Assembly (NCBI GenBank): GCA_030141605.1
Contig: JAQGDQ010002526.1
Location: 1-8,621 of the forward strand
Direction of reading: 5' to 3'
DNA: 8,621 nucleotides
From: Tubiluchus corallicola
Taxonomy: Eukaryota; Animalia; Priapulida
Position numbers and translations under genes: made by a program. Of this stretch, positions 7,726 through 8,621 are shown piece after piece. A model generated the notes under the pieces. It searched no databases and was not told where the DNA came from. It was given only the letters and a program-made list of their open reading frames with translations. How positions within the stretch are numbered: the first letter of the stretch is position 1; every line of letters starts with the position of its first letter.

Positions 7726-7831
7726 GAGACTTTTGCAAGAGTTAATATTTTTGTTAAAATCTTCTTTAAAGTCTTTATTTACATCTGTAGATTACGGTTT
7801 AAGTCAAAATATTTTGACTTGCAAAGGTTTC
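7726..7831 (+). mobile_element. MITE-like element, 106 bp, with 14-bp terminal inverted repeats
   Basis: Left GAGACTTTTGCAAG and right CTTGCAAAGGTTTC (12/14 inverted match). 76% identical to the 6620 copy over 75 nt. Contains a perfect 20-bp palindrome at 7801-7820. Confidence 0.75.
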
Positions 7832-7848
7832 AAAGTTGATAGGTTTTT

Positions 7849-8460
7849 CTATTTTTTGCTTAAATCCCGGTAGTACAGGTCTTTTGCTTCTATTTTCATT
7901 CCCGGGTTATGCCCCTGAATAGCGAAGTGTCCTTTGGTGAAGGTAGAGTTTTCATCTGTATAGTGCATCACCAGTTTATTGTTGAACCAGAATTTTATCT
8001 CATTACCAATGGCACTGATTTTGTAATCAAACCATTCGTCATCCTTACCCACGAATTTCAATGCTTTCCCTGTTGGTTTTCCAGGTAGCCAAAGCCAGCC
8101 TGTGCGTGCTTCTTGGTTGTGGCAGATTTGAGCTTCATAGCCGTGTGGCCATCCATTTGGGTTGTTTGGAGGCTCTACAGCACGAAAGTAAAAGCCACTA
8201 TTACTGCCACCTCCCTGGTCTGTGAGGCGAAAAGTGCCTTTTGCTTCCATATCAGTTAGGTCAGGCCCAAAATAGATATGCCCCATGCCTCCTTCACCTA
8301 TGAGGACACCATCTTCAACTTTCCAGGTTGCATTACCCCTAATAGTCATGTTGTCAATGCTTTTGCCGTCAAACATTGATTGCCATTCAGGTTTGCTATC
8401 GCAAGAGGCCAGAAGTAAAGCCACAGCGAAAATCATTAAAAAAATAAGGTTTCTTTTCAT
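7849..8460 (-). CDS. DUF1080 (3-keto-disaccharide hydrolase-like) lipoprotein
   Basis: Signal peptide II MKRNLIFLMIFAVALLLAS-C (start moved to ATG 8460). Motifs WQSMFDGK, WKVEDGVLIG, SNSGFYFR, GYEAQI, GHFAIQGH. Confidence 0.9.
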   Translation of the reverse strand: MKRNLIFLMIFAVALLLASCDSKPEWQSMFDGKSIDNMTIRGNATWKVEDGVLIGEGGMGHIYFGPDLTDMEAKGTFRLTDQGGGSNSGFYFRAVEPPNNPNGWPHGYEAQICHNQEARTGWLWLPGKPTGKALKFVGKDDEWFDYKISAIGNEIKFWFNNKLVMHYTDENSTFTKGHFAIQGHNPGMKIEAKDLYYRDLSKK

Positions 8461-8577
8461 TAGGTTGATTAATTTTAAGTTTATAACCACTAGATTAAGT
8501 TCATAATTAAAGACCGCAATAGCATTTTGTGTTACATCGGTTTCGGGTTACCCCATTTTTAACTTCAATTTTGTACG

Positions 8578-8585
8578 CTAAGATA
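8578..8585 (-). promoter_or_regulatory. Possible -7 element for the DUF1080 gene
   Basis: Minus strand TATCTTAG(C), one mismatch to TAnnTTTG. Confidence 0.3.
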
Positions 8586-8621
8586 GGCACATAGTGTTAA
8601 GAAATAAAATTCTGGGTTATC

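Noticed and set aside
6612-7840. Target-site duplications around the elements
   Set aside because: Flanks differ (TTTT/ATAC for 6620; ATTC/AAAG for 7726), so no duplication is supportable and recent transposition is not claimed.
670-8506. Short ORFs overlapping the main genes (e.g. 670-969, 1677-2045, 3288-3557, 5869-6165, 6966-7190, 8285-8506)
   Set aside because: Antisense or alternate-frame shadows of well-supported genes, with no recognisable motifs.
8531-8544. LacI-like operator GTTACATCGGTTTC upstream of DUF1080
   Set aside because: Poor dyad symmetry, single instance, and no regulator gene in the window.

Overview
A chromosomal window, probably from an anaerobic Bacteroidota (TAnnTTTG-type promoter elements, mostly no Shine-Dalgarno sites, DUF1080 lipoprotein, rubrerythrin). 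It has seven credible genes: murB (+), mltG (-), a pteridine-reductase/FolM-like SDR (+), a Tat-exported Gfo/Idh/MocA oxidoreductase (-), an SLC5/SSS sodium:sugar symporter (-), rubrerythrin (+) and a DUF1080 lipoprotein (-). The main signal outside the ORFs is a dispersed family of ~105-135 bp non-coding elements, with four full-length or near-full-length copies (4712, 6620, 6778, 7726) and one inverted half copy (2298-2348). They have ~14-bp terminal inverted repeats (consensus GAGACCTTTGCAAA...TTTGCAAAGGTTTC) and a central IHF-like site, so they look like a MITE/Correia-like repeat family. Three copies bracket the rubrerythrin gene, which interrupts a co-oriented DUF1080-symporter-oxidoreductase sugar module. 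All alignments and counts were done by hand.
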